Source of the DNA: Verrucomicrobiales bacterium
GTDB lineage: Bacteria > Verrucomicrobiota > Verrucomicrobiia > Verrucomicrobiales > V1-33
DNA: 64,000 bases
Assembly (NCBI GenBank): GCA_031411295.1
Contig: JANOAV010000059.1
Coordinates: 1-64,000, forward strand
Direction of reading: 5' to 3'
Program-made: the position numbers and the translations under genes
Shown: piece after piece, positions 28,987 through 38,845 of the stretch
How positions within the stretch are numbered: position 1 is the stretch's first letter
Layout: every line of letters starts with the position of its first letter
Notes under the pieces: model-generated
Told to the model about the DNA's origin: nothing
Seen by the model: the letters and a program-made list of their open reading frames with translations, nothing else
Databases searched by the model: none

Positions 28987-31900
28987 ATGACTATCAAAAC
29001 TATCACTTCATTCATGCTGACTGGCTTCTCGCTGGCGGCACCGCTGATGGCCGCTGCTCAAGGCGCTCCAAAACCGACCAAAGAAATTCCCGTAGCCGCA
29101 GCTCCCGCTCCAAGCGCAACGCCTGATCCAAAGGCGAAGGGTAAAGAAAAGAAAAAAGACCAAGCCTCCAAGCCTGCCAAAGCAGCAGGAAATCACGGGT
29201 TCACCGATGAGCCTGCTGCGGCAACCGCAAAGCGGAATCAAGCCGTAGCCCCTCCTGGCAAAGGCGAGCGCATCGTGCTGATTGGCAACGGTCTGGCGGA
29301 ACGGGATGTTTACTACAGTCGCATCGAAACCGAACTGAACCTTCGTTATCCAACGCAGGAGTTAATTTTCCGCAACATGGGGCACGTGGGCGGTACCCCC
29401 GGATTCCGTCCCCATCCTTCACGCAAATCCCAGTGGGCATTTCCGGGGGCCGAGAAATTCCACCCCGAACTCAACGTGCATAAAGGCGAAGGCTTCTTCC
29501 CCACCCCCGATCAATGGCTAACGCACCTGAAGGCCGATACCATCGTCGCGTTCTTTGGTTACAACGAATCCTTCGAAGGCCCCAGCAAAGTCGCCAATTT
29601 CCAAGCTGAACTCGATGCCTGGGTCGAGCATACTCTCAGCAAAGCCTACAACGGCCAAGCCGCTCCACGCCTCGTGCTCGTTTCACCGCTCGCTTACGAG
29701 GACCAATCCGCCAAACGCGATCTCCCCACGGGTGAAAATGAGAACAGCAATCTGATCCTTTACGCCTCCGCCATTCAGACCGTGGCCAAGAAACATGGCC
29801 TCACTTACATCGACATCTTCTCACCGATGAAGACGCTCTACCATGAGGCCAAAGCACCACTCACTACCGGTGGCTTCATTCCCAATGATGCTGGCTATCA
29901 ACAAGTGGCTAACTTGCTTCTCAATGGCCTCTATGGTCCGGCCACTCGCGCCTCCAAGGCCGACCCCAAGCTCCTGCACGAAGCCGTCATGGCGAAAGAT
30001 TATTTCTGGAACAACGACTACAACCTCGTCAATGGAGTTCACGCCTACGGCCGACGCTACAATCCTTACGGTCCGCAGAACTATCCTGATGAAGTCCAGA
30101 AGACGCGGGAGATGACCGCCCTGCGCGACACCCTCATCCACCAAGTCGCCTCCGGTCAAAAGAAGGATCTCAAAGTCGATGACAGCAAGACCCACGCCCT
30201 GCCACCCGTGCCCACGAACTATCAACCGAGCGCCAAGAACGGCAGCGAAACGTATCTCTATGGCGAGGAAGCAGTGAAGGCGCTCACGGTGCCGGAAGGC
30301 TACAAAGTGGAATTGTTTGCCAGCGAGAAGGAGTTCCCGAATCTCGCCAACCCCATGCAAATGTCCTTTGATAACAAAGGCCGCCTCTGGGTCGCTACCA
30401 TGCCCACCTATCCAGCCTATCGTCCGGGCGATCCGCTGCCGAACGACAAAATCCTCATCTACGAAGACACCAACCACGATGGTAAGGCGGACAAAGAAAC
30501 GGTCTTTGCCGATCATCTCTATTTGCCCATCGGCTTCGAGTTCGCCCCCGAAGGCGTGTATCTTTCCCAAGAGCCTAACTTGGTTCTGCTAACTGACACC
30601 AATGGCGATGACAAAGCCGACCGCAAAGAAATCATCCTCGGGGGCTTCGACACTCACGACACCCACCACGCCATCAGCGCCTACACCGCCGATCCCAGCG
30701 GTGCCTTCATGCTTTGTGAGGGCGTGTTTCTCCATTCCAACGTCGAAACGCCTTACGGACCAGTCCGTTGCGTGGATGGCGGCTTCTTCCGCTACAGCCC
30801 GCAGCGGGGCCAACTGGAGCGCACCATCCAGATGAACATTCCCAATCCGTGGGGATTCGTCTTCGACAAATGGGGACAAGATTTCCTGCTCTTCACTTCC
30901 GGCACCAGCATGAACTGGGCGCTGCCCATGGAGGTGAAACCCACCTTCGGCAGCAAGACGCCCGCCACCATCGACCTCATCCCCGATGCCCAGAAAGTGC
31001 GTCCGACCTCCGGTCTCGAAATCGTCTCCTCACGGCATTTCCCTGACAATGTGCAGGGCGATATCCTCCTCTGCAATAACATCGGTTTCCTCGGCATTAA
31101 ACAACATCAAATCGTGGACGACGGGACTGGCTGGAAGACCACCTTCCGCCAGGATCTGCTGAAGAGTAAAGATGGCAACTTCCGCCCGGTGGATCTTGAG
31201 TTCGCCCCCGATGGCTCGCTCTATGTGATTGATTGGCACAACGTCCTCATCGGCCACATGCAGCACAACGCGCGTGATCCTCTGCGCGATCACGTCCATG
31301 GCCGGATCTATCGCATCACGTATCCTAGTCGACCGCTCGTGAAGCCCGTGCCAGTGGCTGGAGCCAGCATTCCAAATCTGCTCAACAACTTGAAGGAACC
31401 CGAGTCCCGCACCCGCTATCGCACCCGTCGCGAACTCCGCAACTATCCTGCCAGCGAGGTGCTGCCCGCAGTGACGAAATGGGCCTCCACCCAAACCGAC
31501 ACCCACGCCAAGCTCGAAGCCCTCTGGGTCACCTGGGGCCTGAATGCCGCCGATGAAGGCCTGCTGCGAGACCTTCTCGCCAGCAGCGATTTCCACGCCC
31601 GGGCCGCTGCGGTCCGCGTGCTGCGCTACAACACCCACCGCATCAAGGATTACGCCGCCCTCCTGGAAAAAGCTGCCGCTGACGAACACGGACGAGTGCG
31701 CCTCGAAGCTGCGGTGGCTGCCTCTTGGTTGTCGGACACGAGTGCTGCGAAAAAGATCGTGGCCATAGCCGCTAGCAAGCCGATGGACGAATGGAGCAAA
31801 GCCCCCATAAAGACCGCCGCCGACCGACTCAGCGGCATCGTCGAAGTGGAGAAACCAGAGTTTGCGGAAGCCGCCGCGCCCGCACATCTCGATGCTGCCG

Positions 31901-32310
31901 GCAAGCAGCAGTTCCTCGCGGGCCAGAAAATTTATCTGCGCGAAGGCCACTGCGTCACCTGTCACCAACCCAACGGCAAAGGCTTGGACCCAGCATTCCC
32001 GTCAATCGAGAACAGTCCATGGGTTGCAGGCAACAAAGAGCGCCTCATCAAGGTCGCCATGTATGGCCTCATGGGCCCGCTCGAAATCAATGGCAAGAAA
32101 TACGACGGCCAAGTCCCCATGACGCCCTTCGGCGGCATGTTAAAAGACGACGAAATGGCCGCCGTGCTTACCTTCGTCCGTAACAGCTTCGGCAACAAAG
32201 CAGACCCCATTTCTCCTGCCGATGTGCAGAAAGTCCGCGCAGCCAATCCCGGCCGACTCATGTTCTATAACCCCACCGAGTTACTCAAAGAGTATCCGCT
32301 GGAGAAGTAA
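28987..32310 (+). CDS. PVC-type haem-binding CxxCH protein: SGNH-like domain + sugar-dehydrogenase-like propeller + HEAT + cytochrome c
   Basis: IGNGLAERD...FFGYNES (SGNH-like); VPEGYKVELFASE, FRPVDLEFAPDGSLYVIDW and HGRIYRI (propeller); HARAAAVR (HEAT); CVTCHQPNGKG with distal MTPF. Confidence 0.85.
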   Translation: MTIKTITSFMLTGFSLAAPLMAAAQGAPKPTKEIPVAAAPAPSATPDPKAKGKEKKKDQASKPAKAAGNHGFTDEPAAATAKRNQAVAPPGKGERIVLIGNGLAERDVYYSRIETELNLRYPTQELIFRNMGHVGGTPGFRPHPSRKSQWAFPGAEKFHPELNVHKGEGFFPTPDQWLTHLKADTIVAFFGYNESFEGPSKVANFQAELDAWVEHTLSKAYNGQAAPRLVLVSPLAYEDQSAKRDLPTGENENSNLILYASAIQTVAKKHGLTYIDIFSPMKTLYHEAKAPLTTGGFIPNDAGYQQVANLLLNGLYGPATRASKADPKLLHEAVMAKDYFWNNDYNLVNGVHAYGRRYNPYGPQNYPDEVQKTREMTALRDTLIHQVASGQKKDLKVDDSKTHALPPVPTNYQPSAKNGSETYLYGEEAVKALTVPEGYKVELFASEKEFPNLANPMQMSFDNKGRLWVATMPTYPAYRPGDPLPNDKILIYEDTNHDGKADKETVFADHLYLPIGFEFAPEGVYLSQEPNLVLLTDTNGDDKADRKEIILGGFDTHDTHHAISAYTADPSGAFMLCEGVFLHSNVETPYGPVRCVDGGFFRYSPQRGQLERTIQMNIPNPWGFVFDKWGQDFLLFTSGTSMNWALPMEVKPTFGSKTPATIDLIPDAQKVRPTSGLEIVSSRHFPDNVQGDILLCNNIGFLGIKQHQIVDDGTGWKTTFRQDLLKSKDGNFRPVDLEFAPDGSLYVIDWHNVLIGHMQHNARDPLRDHVHGRIYRITYPSRPLVKPVPVAGASIPNLLNNLKEPESRTRYRTRRELRNYPASEVLPAVTKWASTQTDTHAKLEALWVTWGLNAADEGLLRDLLASSDFHARAAAVRVLRYNTHRIKDYAALLEKAAADEHGRVRLEAAVAASWLSDTSAAKKIVAIAASKPMDEWSKAPIKTAADRLSGIVEVEKPEFAEAAAPAHLDAAGKQQFLAGQKIYLREGHCVTCHQPNGKGLDPAFPSIENSPWVAGNKERLIKVAMYGLMGPLEINGKKYDGQVPMTPFGGMLKDDEMAAVLTFVRNSFGNKADPISPADVQKVRAANPGRLMFYNPTELLKEYPLEK

Positions 32311-32324
32311 CCTCCTATCATTTC

Positions 32325-33797
32325 ATGAACAAAATCCTAACCAGCATTTTCCTGGCAATCATGGGCTCGGGGCAAGCCGCCCAGCCCAAGAACGTTTTGT
32401 TCCTGGTTTCGGATGATCTCCGGACAGAACTGGGCTGCTATGGCAACGCCATCATCAAGAGCCCTAACATTGATCGACTTGCCCAGCAGGGCATGGTCTT
32501 CAATCGTGCTTACTGCCAGCAAGCAGTCTGCTCCCCATCGCGCTCCAGCGTGCTTACCGGCACGCGACCAGACACGACCAAGGTTTGGGATTTGAATACC
32601 CACTTCCGCAAGGCCTTGCCGGACGTGGTGACGCTGCCACAATTGTTCAAGAACCATGGTTACACCGCCCAAGGCATGGGCAAAATTTACCATGGTGGAT
32701 TCACGGACCCAGCCTCATGGTCCGTTCAAACGGAAGGTAGAAAAGCCCCCGATGCAGACGCGGCCCAGAAACCAAAGGCCGGAAAAAAGAAGCCCTCGGC
32801 CGCCAAACCCACTGGCATTGCTACTGAAGACGCCATCCCACTAACAAAGACTGATCGAGGCCCAGCCTTCCGCGCCACCGACGAGGAACCGAATGGAGGC
32901 GAAGAAGGAGCCCTGGCAAATCAAGCCATTGACGCTCTGCGCAAGTTCAAAGCGGATGCGAAACCGTTTTTCCTAGCCGTAGGATTTCACAGACCTCACC
33001 TCCCATTCAACTCACCCAAGGCCTACTGGGATCTCTATGACCCCGCCAAGATTCCGTTAGCCGTAAATAGTTTCCTCCCAAAGGACGCCCCCGGTTTCGC
33101 CTTGGCGGACAAGAATGAACTATGGTCCTACAGCGGAGTCCCTGACCAAAGTCATTTGCCGGAGGCCTATGCCCGTCAGCTTAAACATGGTTACTATGCC
33201 GCCGTGAGCTACATGGACGCCCAGTTGGGCCGTGTCGTGGATGAACTCGACAAGTTAGGGCTGAGGGAAAACACCATCATCATTCTCTGGGGCGACCACG
33301 GTTGGAAACTGGGCGAACACGACCGTTGGAGCAAACACAGCAACGTGGAAAATGATGTGCATGCGCCCCTGATCATCTCTGTGCCCGGCATGAAAGCCGT
33401 TGGAAAGAAGAGCGATGCGCTCGTGGAATTCGTGGACATGTATCCCTCGCTGGCTGAGCTGGCTGGCCTACCGCTGCCTGCAACCTTGGAAGGAAAAAGC
33501 TTCAAGCCCCTGCTCGACGATCCCGCCCTGCCCTGGAAATCCGCTGTCTTCAGCCAATACCCGCGCACCCAGGGCGGCAAGAAGCTGATGGGTTATTCCA
33601 TGCGCACGGATCGCTATCGTTTCACCCAATGGGTCGGGCGCGAGGACCACACGATCGTAAATGCGACTGAACTCTACGATCACCAGACGGATCCGCAGGA
33701 AAACACGAACATCGCCCATGATCCTGCTAACAAAGCGCTCGTCGAAAAGCTCACTGCCCAGTGGCAGGCGGGTTGGAAAGGAGCGGTGACAAATTGA
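32325..33797 (+). CDS. Iduronate-2-sulfatase-like sulfatase
   Basis: NVLFLVSDDLR, YCQQAVCSPSRS, RPHLPF and WGDHGWKLGEH motifs. Confidence 0.93.
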   Translation: MNKILTSIFLAIMGSGQAAQPKNVLFLVSDDLRTELGCYGNAIIKSPNIDRLAQQGMVFNRAYCQQAVCSPSRSSVLTGTRPDTTKVWDLNTHFRKALPDVVTLPQLFKNHGYTAQGMGKIYHGGFTDPASWSVQTEGRKAPDADAAQKPKAGKKKPSAAKPTGIATEDAIPLTKTDRGPAFRATDEEPNGGEEGALANQAIDALRKFKADAKPFFLAVGFHRPHLPFNSPKAYWDLYDPAKIPLAVNSFLPKDAPGFALADKNELWSYSGVPDQSHLPEAYARQLKHGYYAAVSYMDAQLGRVVDELDKLGLRENTIIILWGDHGWKLGEHDRWSKHSNVENDVHAPLIISVPGMKAVGKKSDALVEFVDMYPSLAELAGLPLPATLEGKSFKPLLDDPALPWKSAVFSQYPRTQGGKKLMGYSMRTDRYRFTQWVGREDHTIVNATELYDHQTDPQENTNIAHDPANKALVEKLTAQWQAGWKGAVTN

Positions 33798-33906
33798 ACC
33801 ACCTACAACCATAGCAGAGCGCAGCGGGATGACTGCTTGGCAAGGGATTGTTCCGCACTCAAGGATTGCTCAAATCTTTTATCCTAAAGATCATGCATTT
33901 GTAATT

Positions 33907-35871
33907 ATGAAATCACTCCACCTTATCACCCTGATTCTTTGCACCATCAACGCAAAATCAGCAGAGCCTGCACCCAGCAACGTCGCAGCCGCGAGCATCA
34001 GCAAGCAGTCCCCTGATGGCAATGCTGACATCGTCGTTAGCGGGGAACTGAAGCTGTGGCACAAGGTCACGCTCGCGCTCGACGGGCCCTTTGCGAAAGA
34101 ATCGGACACTGCGCCCAATCCCTTCACCGACTTAGCATTCAATGTCACTTTCGCACACGAAAGCGGTGCCCCAAAATACACCGTTCCGGGATATTTCGCT
34201 GCGGATGGTCATGCGGCCAACTCCAGTGCAGCGGCTGGCACAAAATGGTTGGCTCATGTCTCGCCAGAAAAAATCGGCACTTGGACCTACACGGTCAGTT
34301 TCACCAAAGGCAAGTTGGCGGCACTCGATGGTGGTGGCGAGGCAATGCAGCCATTCGATGGTATTACCGGAAGCTTCTCAGTTGCCGCGAGCGACAAGAC
34401 GGGCAGCGACTTCCGCAGTAAGGGCCGCCTGCAGTATGTCGGGAAACATCACCTGCAATTTGCTGGCACCAAAGAGTATTTCCTTAAGGCTGGGGCGGAT
34501 GCACCGGAAACGATGCTCGGCTATGCTGACTTCGATAACACGATCGCAGGCAAGGCCGCCAAAGTGCCGCTGAAAACGTGGCAGCCTCATGTGCAGGATT
34601 GGAAAGCCGGGGACCCGGCGTGGAAAAATGGCAAGGGCAAAGGCTTGATCGGGGCGCTCAATTACCTTTCTGCGAAGGGCGTAAACGCATTTAGTTTCCT
34701 GACCTACAACGCAGCAGGCGATGGTGATAACGTATGGCCATTCGTCGAGCGGAATGATAAACTACACTACGATTGCTCCAAACTCGACCAATGGGGCATC
34801 GTGTTCGATCACGCGACCGCACGCGGACTTTATCTCCATTTCAAAATGCAGGAAAATGAAATGGACGATGACCGGTTGGGTCATGAGTCCAAGCCGGGCC
34901 GCGTTCCTGAATCGCTTGATTGCGGGAAACTTGGACCAGAACGCAAACTATATTGTCGAGAGTTGATCGCTCGTTTCGGCCATGCGCTCGCGCTGAATTG
35001 GAACATCGGTGAGGAGAACACGCAGTCTAGTGAAGAAGTTCGGGACATGGTAAAGTATCTGCACGACACCGATCCCTATCATCATCACATCGTGCTCCAC
35101 ACGTTCCCCAACGAGCAGGAAAAGAAATACGAGCCACTCATTGGGAACCAATCGCTGCTGACGGGAACCTCATTGCAAAATGGCTGGAACGCAGTGCACC
35201 AGCGCACCCTGCAATGGCTCCGGGCTTCCGACAAAGCGGGCCACCCCTGGGTCGTGGCCAACGATGAGCAGAATCCGGCCGGACTCGGAGTGCCGCCAGA
35301 CCCCGGCTACCAGGGCACGGACGGCATCGCCATTGAGAAGGACAAGAAAAAGCAAAATGCCACCACGGGCGACGTCAAATCAAAGGCCTATACGCTGCAC
35401 GACATCCGAAAACTAACGCTCTGGGGCAATCTTATGGCCGGAGGAGCAGGCGTGGAATACTACTTCGGCTACGCCTTGCCAGAGAACGATCTCATTTGCC
35501 AAGACTTCCGCAGCCGAGATAAATCCTGGGATTACTGCCGCATCGCCCTAAGTTTTTTCCATGACGAAAAAATTCCTTTTGCCGACATGCAGAACTCCGA
35601 TGCGCTCATCGGCAATGCGAAGAACGACAACGCGAAATACTGTTTTGCGAAGGCAGGCGATCTTTACCTGGTTTATCTCCCCAATGGTGGGACCAGCGAA
35701 CTTGATCTAACATCGGCTACCGGCACCTTCCAAGTAAAGTGGTTCAACCCTCGCATCGGCACTTCGCTCCAAGTTGGTTCAGTAAAATCTGTCGCAGGCG
35801 GCGGCAAGGTCAGTCTTGGCGAAGCTCCTACTGATGCCACGGAGGATTGGTTGATCGTGATCCGCAAATAA
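33907..35871 (+). CDS. DUF5060 domain protein with a putative glycoside-hydrolase-like core and C-terminal collagen-binding-like domain
   Basis: WHKVTL...PNPF...VPGYFAADG (DUF5060); WNIGEEN and NDEQ putative acid residues; YLVYLPNGG...VKWFNPR C-terminal domain. Confidence 0.75.
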   Translation: MKSLHLITLILCTINAKSAEPAPSNVAAASISKQSPDGNADIVVSGELKLWHKVTLALDGPFAKESDTAPNPFTDLAFNVTFAHESGAPKYTVPGYFAADGHAANSSAAAGTKWLAHVSPEKIGTWTYTVSFTKGKLAALDGGGEAMQPFDGITGSFSVAASDKTGSDFRSKGRLQYVGKHHLQFAGTKEYFLKAGADAPETMLGYADFDNTIAGKAAKVPLKTWQPHVQDWKAGDPAWKNGKGKGLIGALNYLSAKGVNAFSFLTYNAAGDGDNVWPFVERNDKLHYDCSKLDQWGIVFDHATARGLYLHFKMQENEMDDDRLGHESKPGRVPESLDCGKLGPERKLYCRELIARFGHALALNWNIGEENTQSSEEVRDMVKYLHDTDPYHHHIVLHTFPNEQEKKYEPLIGNQSLLTGTSLQNGWNAVHQRTLQWLRASDKAGHPWVVANDEQNPAGLGVPPDPGYQGTDGIAIEKDKKKQNATTGDVKSKAYTLHDIRKLTLWGNLMAGGAGVEYYFGYALPENDLICQDFRSRDKSWDYCRIALSFFHDEKIPFADMQNSDALIGNAKNDNAKYCFAKAGDLYLVYLPNGGTSELDLTSATGTFQVKWFNPRIGTSLQVGSVKSVAGGGKVSLGEAPTDATEDWLIVIRK

Positions 35872-35876
35872 GAGGC

Positions 35877-37286
35877 ATGAAACTGAACGCACTCTTATTA
35901 CTCCTTCTGTTGGCAGGCGTCGTCCCTGCAGCTGTCGCTGACGGCAATCCCAACATCATCGTCATCCTGACCGATGATCAAGGCTACGCGGACTTGGGTT
36001 GCCAGGGCGTGGTGAAGGATGTCAAGACGCCTAACATCGACTCGCTGGCCGCAGCGGGAGTGCGTTGCACCGCCGGTTACATTACAGCGCCACAATGTTC
36101 GCCCTCGCGCGCGGGCTTGCTCACGGGCCGGTATCAAGCGCGCTTTGGGCTGGAGGAAATTGCGCTGTGTCCTCTGCCACTGGAGGAACTCACCATCGCT
36201 GAACGACTCAAGCCGGCTGGCTATCGGAACGGTTTCGTCGGTAAATGGCACCTCGACGTCAATGTGCTTTGCGAGGATTGGCTGAAGAAAAACGTGACTG
36301 ACCTGAAGCCCGCCGCACGCGGGTATCAAGTGCCGGCGGGCTTGGCGGAGAAATTCAGTCCCCACGCGCAGGGGTTCGATGATTATTACTCTGGCGAACT
36401 GAAGCGCTACCGCACGAACTTCACCCTCGACGGCAAGGCTGAACCACAGCCGCGCATGGTGAGTGATGATCGCTTTCGTGTGGACGTGCAGAGCGATGCC
36501 GCAGTCGCCTTTATTGAGAAGAACAAGGCCGCGCCTTTTTACCTGCACGTGGCCTACTACGCTCCGCATGTGCCATTGGAGGCGACGGCAAAGTATCTCG
36601 CTCGTTTCCCGGGCGATATGCCAACCCGCCGACGCTACGCCCTGGCCATGCTGAGTGCCGTTGACGATGGCGTTGGGCGCATCGTCGCCAAACTGAAGGA
36701 GTCCGGTCTCGATCAGAACACACTCATCTTTTTCACCAGCGACAATGGTGCGCCACTCAAGGGCAAGAAAGACGTGCCCATCGACAATCCCGATGGCGCG
36801 TGGGATGGCTCGCTTAACGATCCGCTTAATGGCGAGAAAGGCCAACTGCTCGAAGGCGGCATCCGCGTGCCTTTCATCGTCAGTTGGCCAAAAGAGCTAC
36901 CGTCAGGCAAAACGTATGACCGCCCCGTGAGTTCGCTGGATATCGCGGCCACTGCGCTCCACGTTGCCGGACTCCCGCACGATCCCAAGCTCGATGGCGT
37001 GAACATCCTCCCAAACTTGCGCGGGGAGACCCAGACAGACGCACACCCCGCACTATTCTGGCGTTTCTGGGGACAAACAGCAGTTCGCGCAGGCGACTGG
37101 AAGCTCATCCGCCAACCGGACCAAAAGGAATTGCTCTTCAATCTTGCGAACGATCTCAGCGAGCAACGCGACCTCCTTTCCCAGCAACCAGAAAAGGCCC
37201 GGGAATTGCGTGAACTCCTCTCCAAATGGGAATCTCAAATGGTCCCACCGAAGCCGCGCGCCGTGGTGAAGGGAGAAGCATTCTAA
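35877..37286 (+). CDS. Sulfatase (N-acetylgalactosamine-4/6-sulfatase-like)
   Basis: PNIIVILTDDQG, APQCSPSRAG, GKWHL, APHVP and SDNGAP motifs. Confidence 0.93.
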   Translation: MKLNALLLLLLLAGVVPAAVADGNPNIIVILTDDQGYADLGCQGVVKDVKTPNIDSLAAAGVRCTAGYITAPQCSPSRAGLLTGRYQARFGLEEIALCPLPLEELTIAERLKPAGYRNGFVGKWHLDVNVLCEDWLKKNVTDLKPAARGYQVPAGLAEKFSPHAQGFDDYYSGELKRYRTNFTLDGKAEPQPRMVSDDRFRVDVQSDAAVAFIEKNKAAPFYLHVAYYAPHVPLEATAKYLARFPGDMPTRRRYALAMLSAVDDGVGRIVAKLKESGLDQNTLIFFTSDNGAPLKGKKDVPIDNPDGAWDGSLNDPLNGEKGQLLEGGIRVPFIVSWPKELPSGKTYDRPVSSLDIAATALHVAGLPHDPKLDGVNILPNLRGETQTDAHPALFWRFWGQTAVRAGDWKLIRQPDQKELLFNLANDLSEQRDLLSQQPEKARELRELLSKWESQMVPPKPRAVVKGEAF

Positions 37287-37321
37287 GGCAAAGCATCCAT
37301 CAAAATTCCAAGGCTCATTTT

Positions 37322-38815
37322 ATGAAACAGTTAGCATCCCTCACGACTTTCCTGATCCTTCTCTGCGGCGGCCGCACGTTCGCAGATGATCACAAACCCA
37401 ACATCCTCCTCATCGTCGCTGATGATCTCGGCTATCGGGATCTGGGTTGCTATGGGGCCACGAAAGTTAGCACCCCGAGAATCGACCAACTGGCCGCTGA
37501 AAGTGTTCGTTTCACGGACTCGCATTCCATTTGCGCGACCTGCATGCCATCGCGCTATGCCATTCTTAGTGGAACCTATTTCTTTAACGCCAAGCGCACA
37601 CGTGGCTATGCGCTCCACTTTCACGAAGGTCAGGTCACGTTGCCTTCGTTACTCAAGTCGGCAGGTTACCACACCGCAGCGCTCGGGAAATGGCACAATG
37701 GATTCGGTAACGATGATCCTAACTGGAACAACGAGCTGAAGCCAGGACCCATGGAAATTGGCTTCGATTCGTTCTTCGGCACCCCGCGGACGCACAACGA
37801 GCCACCACTCGTTTTTGTCGAGGGACATCATATCGTGGATTTCGACCCCGCCGATCCCATCAGCGTGGATATGGATCCAAAGTTTGGACGCTGGGGCAAA
37901 ACGATTGGTGGCATCAAGGCCCAGGCGGCACGCCCGGACGATCGCATCGATTTCATCCTCGCAGACAAGGCAGAGAAATTTCTCGCCCAGCAAACCAAGG
38001 ACATCCCCTTCTTCCTCTATCTCGCCTTCGCATCCGTGCATAACCCGATCAATCCCGCCCCCGACTTCCGTGGCAAGAGCCGGGCGGGACTCTATGGCGA
38101 CTACATCCAGCAACTCGATCATTGCACCGGCCTGGTGCTCGATGCCTTGAAGAAACAGGGCTTGGCAGAAAACACCATCGTCATCTTCACGAGCGACAAC
38201 GGTGGTCGCTACGAACGTGAAGCATTAAAAGCTGGCCACCGCACCAACGGTGAATTACTTGGCCAAAAGACCGACGGCTGGGAAGGCGGACATCGGGTGC
38301 CGCTGATGGCACGCTGGCCGGAACACATCAAGCCGGGCACAGTGCGGAAGGAATTCTTTCTCCAAGTGGACCTCATGGCCACGCTAGCAGAGGCTGCGCA
38401 AATCACCCTGCCTACCAAGGCCTCGCCCGATGGCTCCAGTGAACTAGCCACCTTTCTCAAGCCCGACTCCGCACCTGCAAAACGCACCGAGGGCGTCATT
38501 CAAGGAAGCGGAACTTACATCTTGCGCCAAGGCGACTGGCTCTACATTCCCAAGCAAGGTTCTGCGGGCTATTCTGCTCCCGAACGAGAAAAACCCTGGT
38601 CGGTGCCCTACGCCATGATGGGCTTTAAAAACAGCGACGTTGATGAACACGGCCAGATCAAACCGGACGCTCCCAAAGAGCAACTCTACGATCTCAGCAA
38701 GGATCTCGTGCAGTCGAAAAATATTGCCCTCGAACACCCGGAACGCGTCGCGTCCATGCGCGCAAGATTGGAAACCCTAACCGGCAAAGGTAAAGCGAAA
38801 CCCTCACAAGAGTAG
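37322..38815 (+). CDS. Arylsulfatase A-like sulfatase (CMPSR motif)
   Basis: PNILLIVADDLG, CMPSRY, GKWH, TSDNGG and WEGGHRVP motifs. Confidence 0.92.
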   Translation: MKQLASLTTFLILLCGGRTFADDHKPNILLIVADDLGYRDLGCYGATKVSTPRIDQLAAESVRFTDSHSICATCMPSRYAILSGTYFFNAKRTRGYALHFHEGQVTLPSLLKSAGYHTAALGKWHNGFGNDDPNWNNELKPGPMEIGFDSFFGTPRTHNEPPLVFVEGHHIVDFDPADPISVDMDPKFGRWGKTIGGIKAQAARPDDRIDFILADKAEKFLAQQTKDIPFFLYLAFASVHNPINPAPDFRGKSRAGLYGDYIQQLDHCTGLVLDALKKQGLAENTIVIFTSDNGGRYEREALKAGHRTNGELLGQKTDGWEGGHRVPLMARWPEHIKPGTVRKEFFLQVDLMATLAEAAQITLPTKASPDGSSELATFLKPDSAPAKRTEGVIQGSGTYILRQGDWLYIPKQGSAGYSAPEREKPWSVPYAMMGFKNSDVDEHGQIKPDAPKEQLYDLSKDLVQSKNIALEHPERVASMRARLETLTGKGKAKPSQE

Positions 38816-38845
38816 CCCACGCGACAACCTCATTATTATACGATC

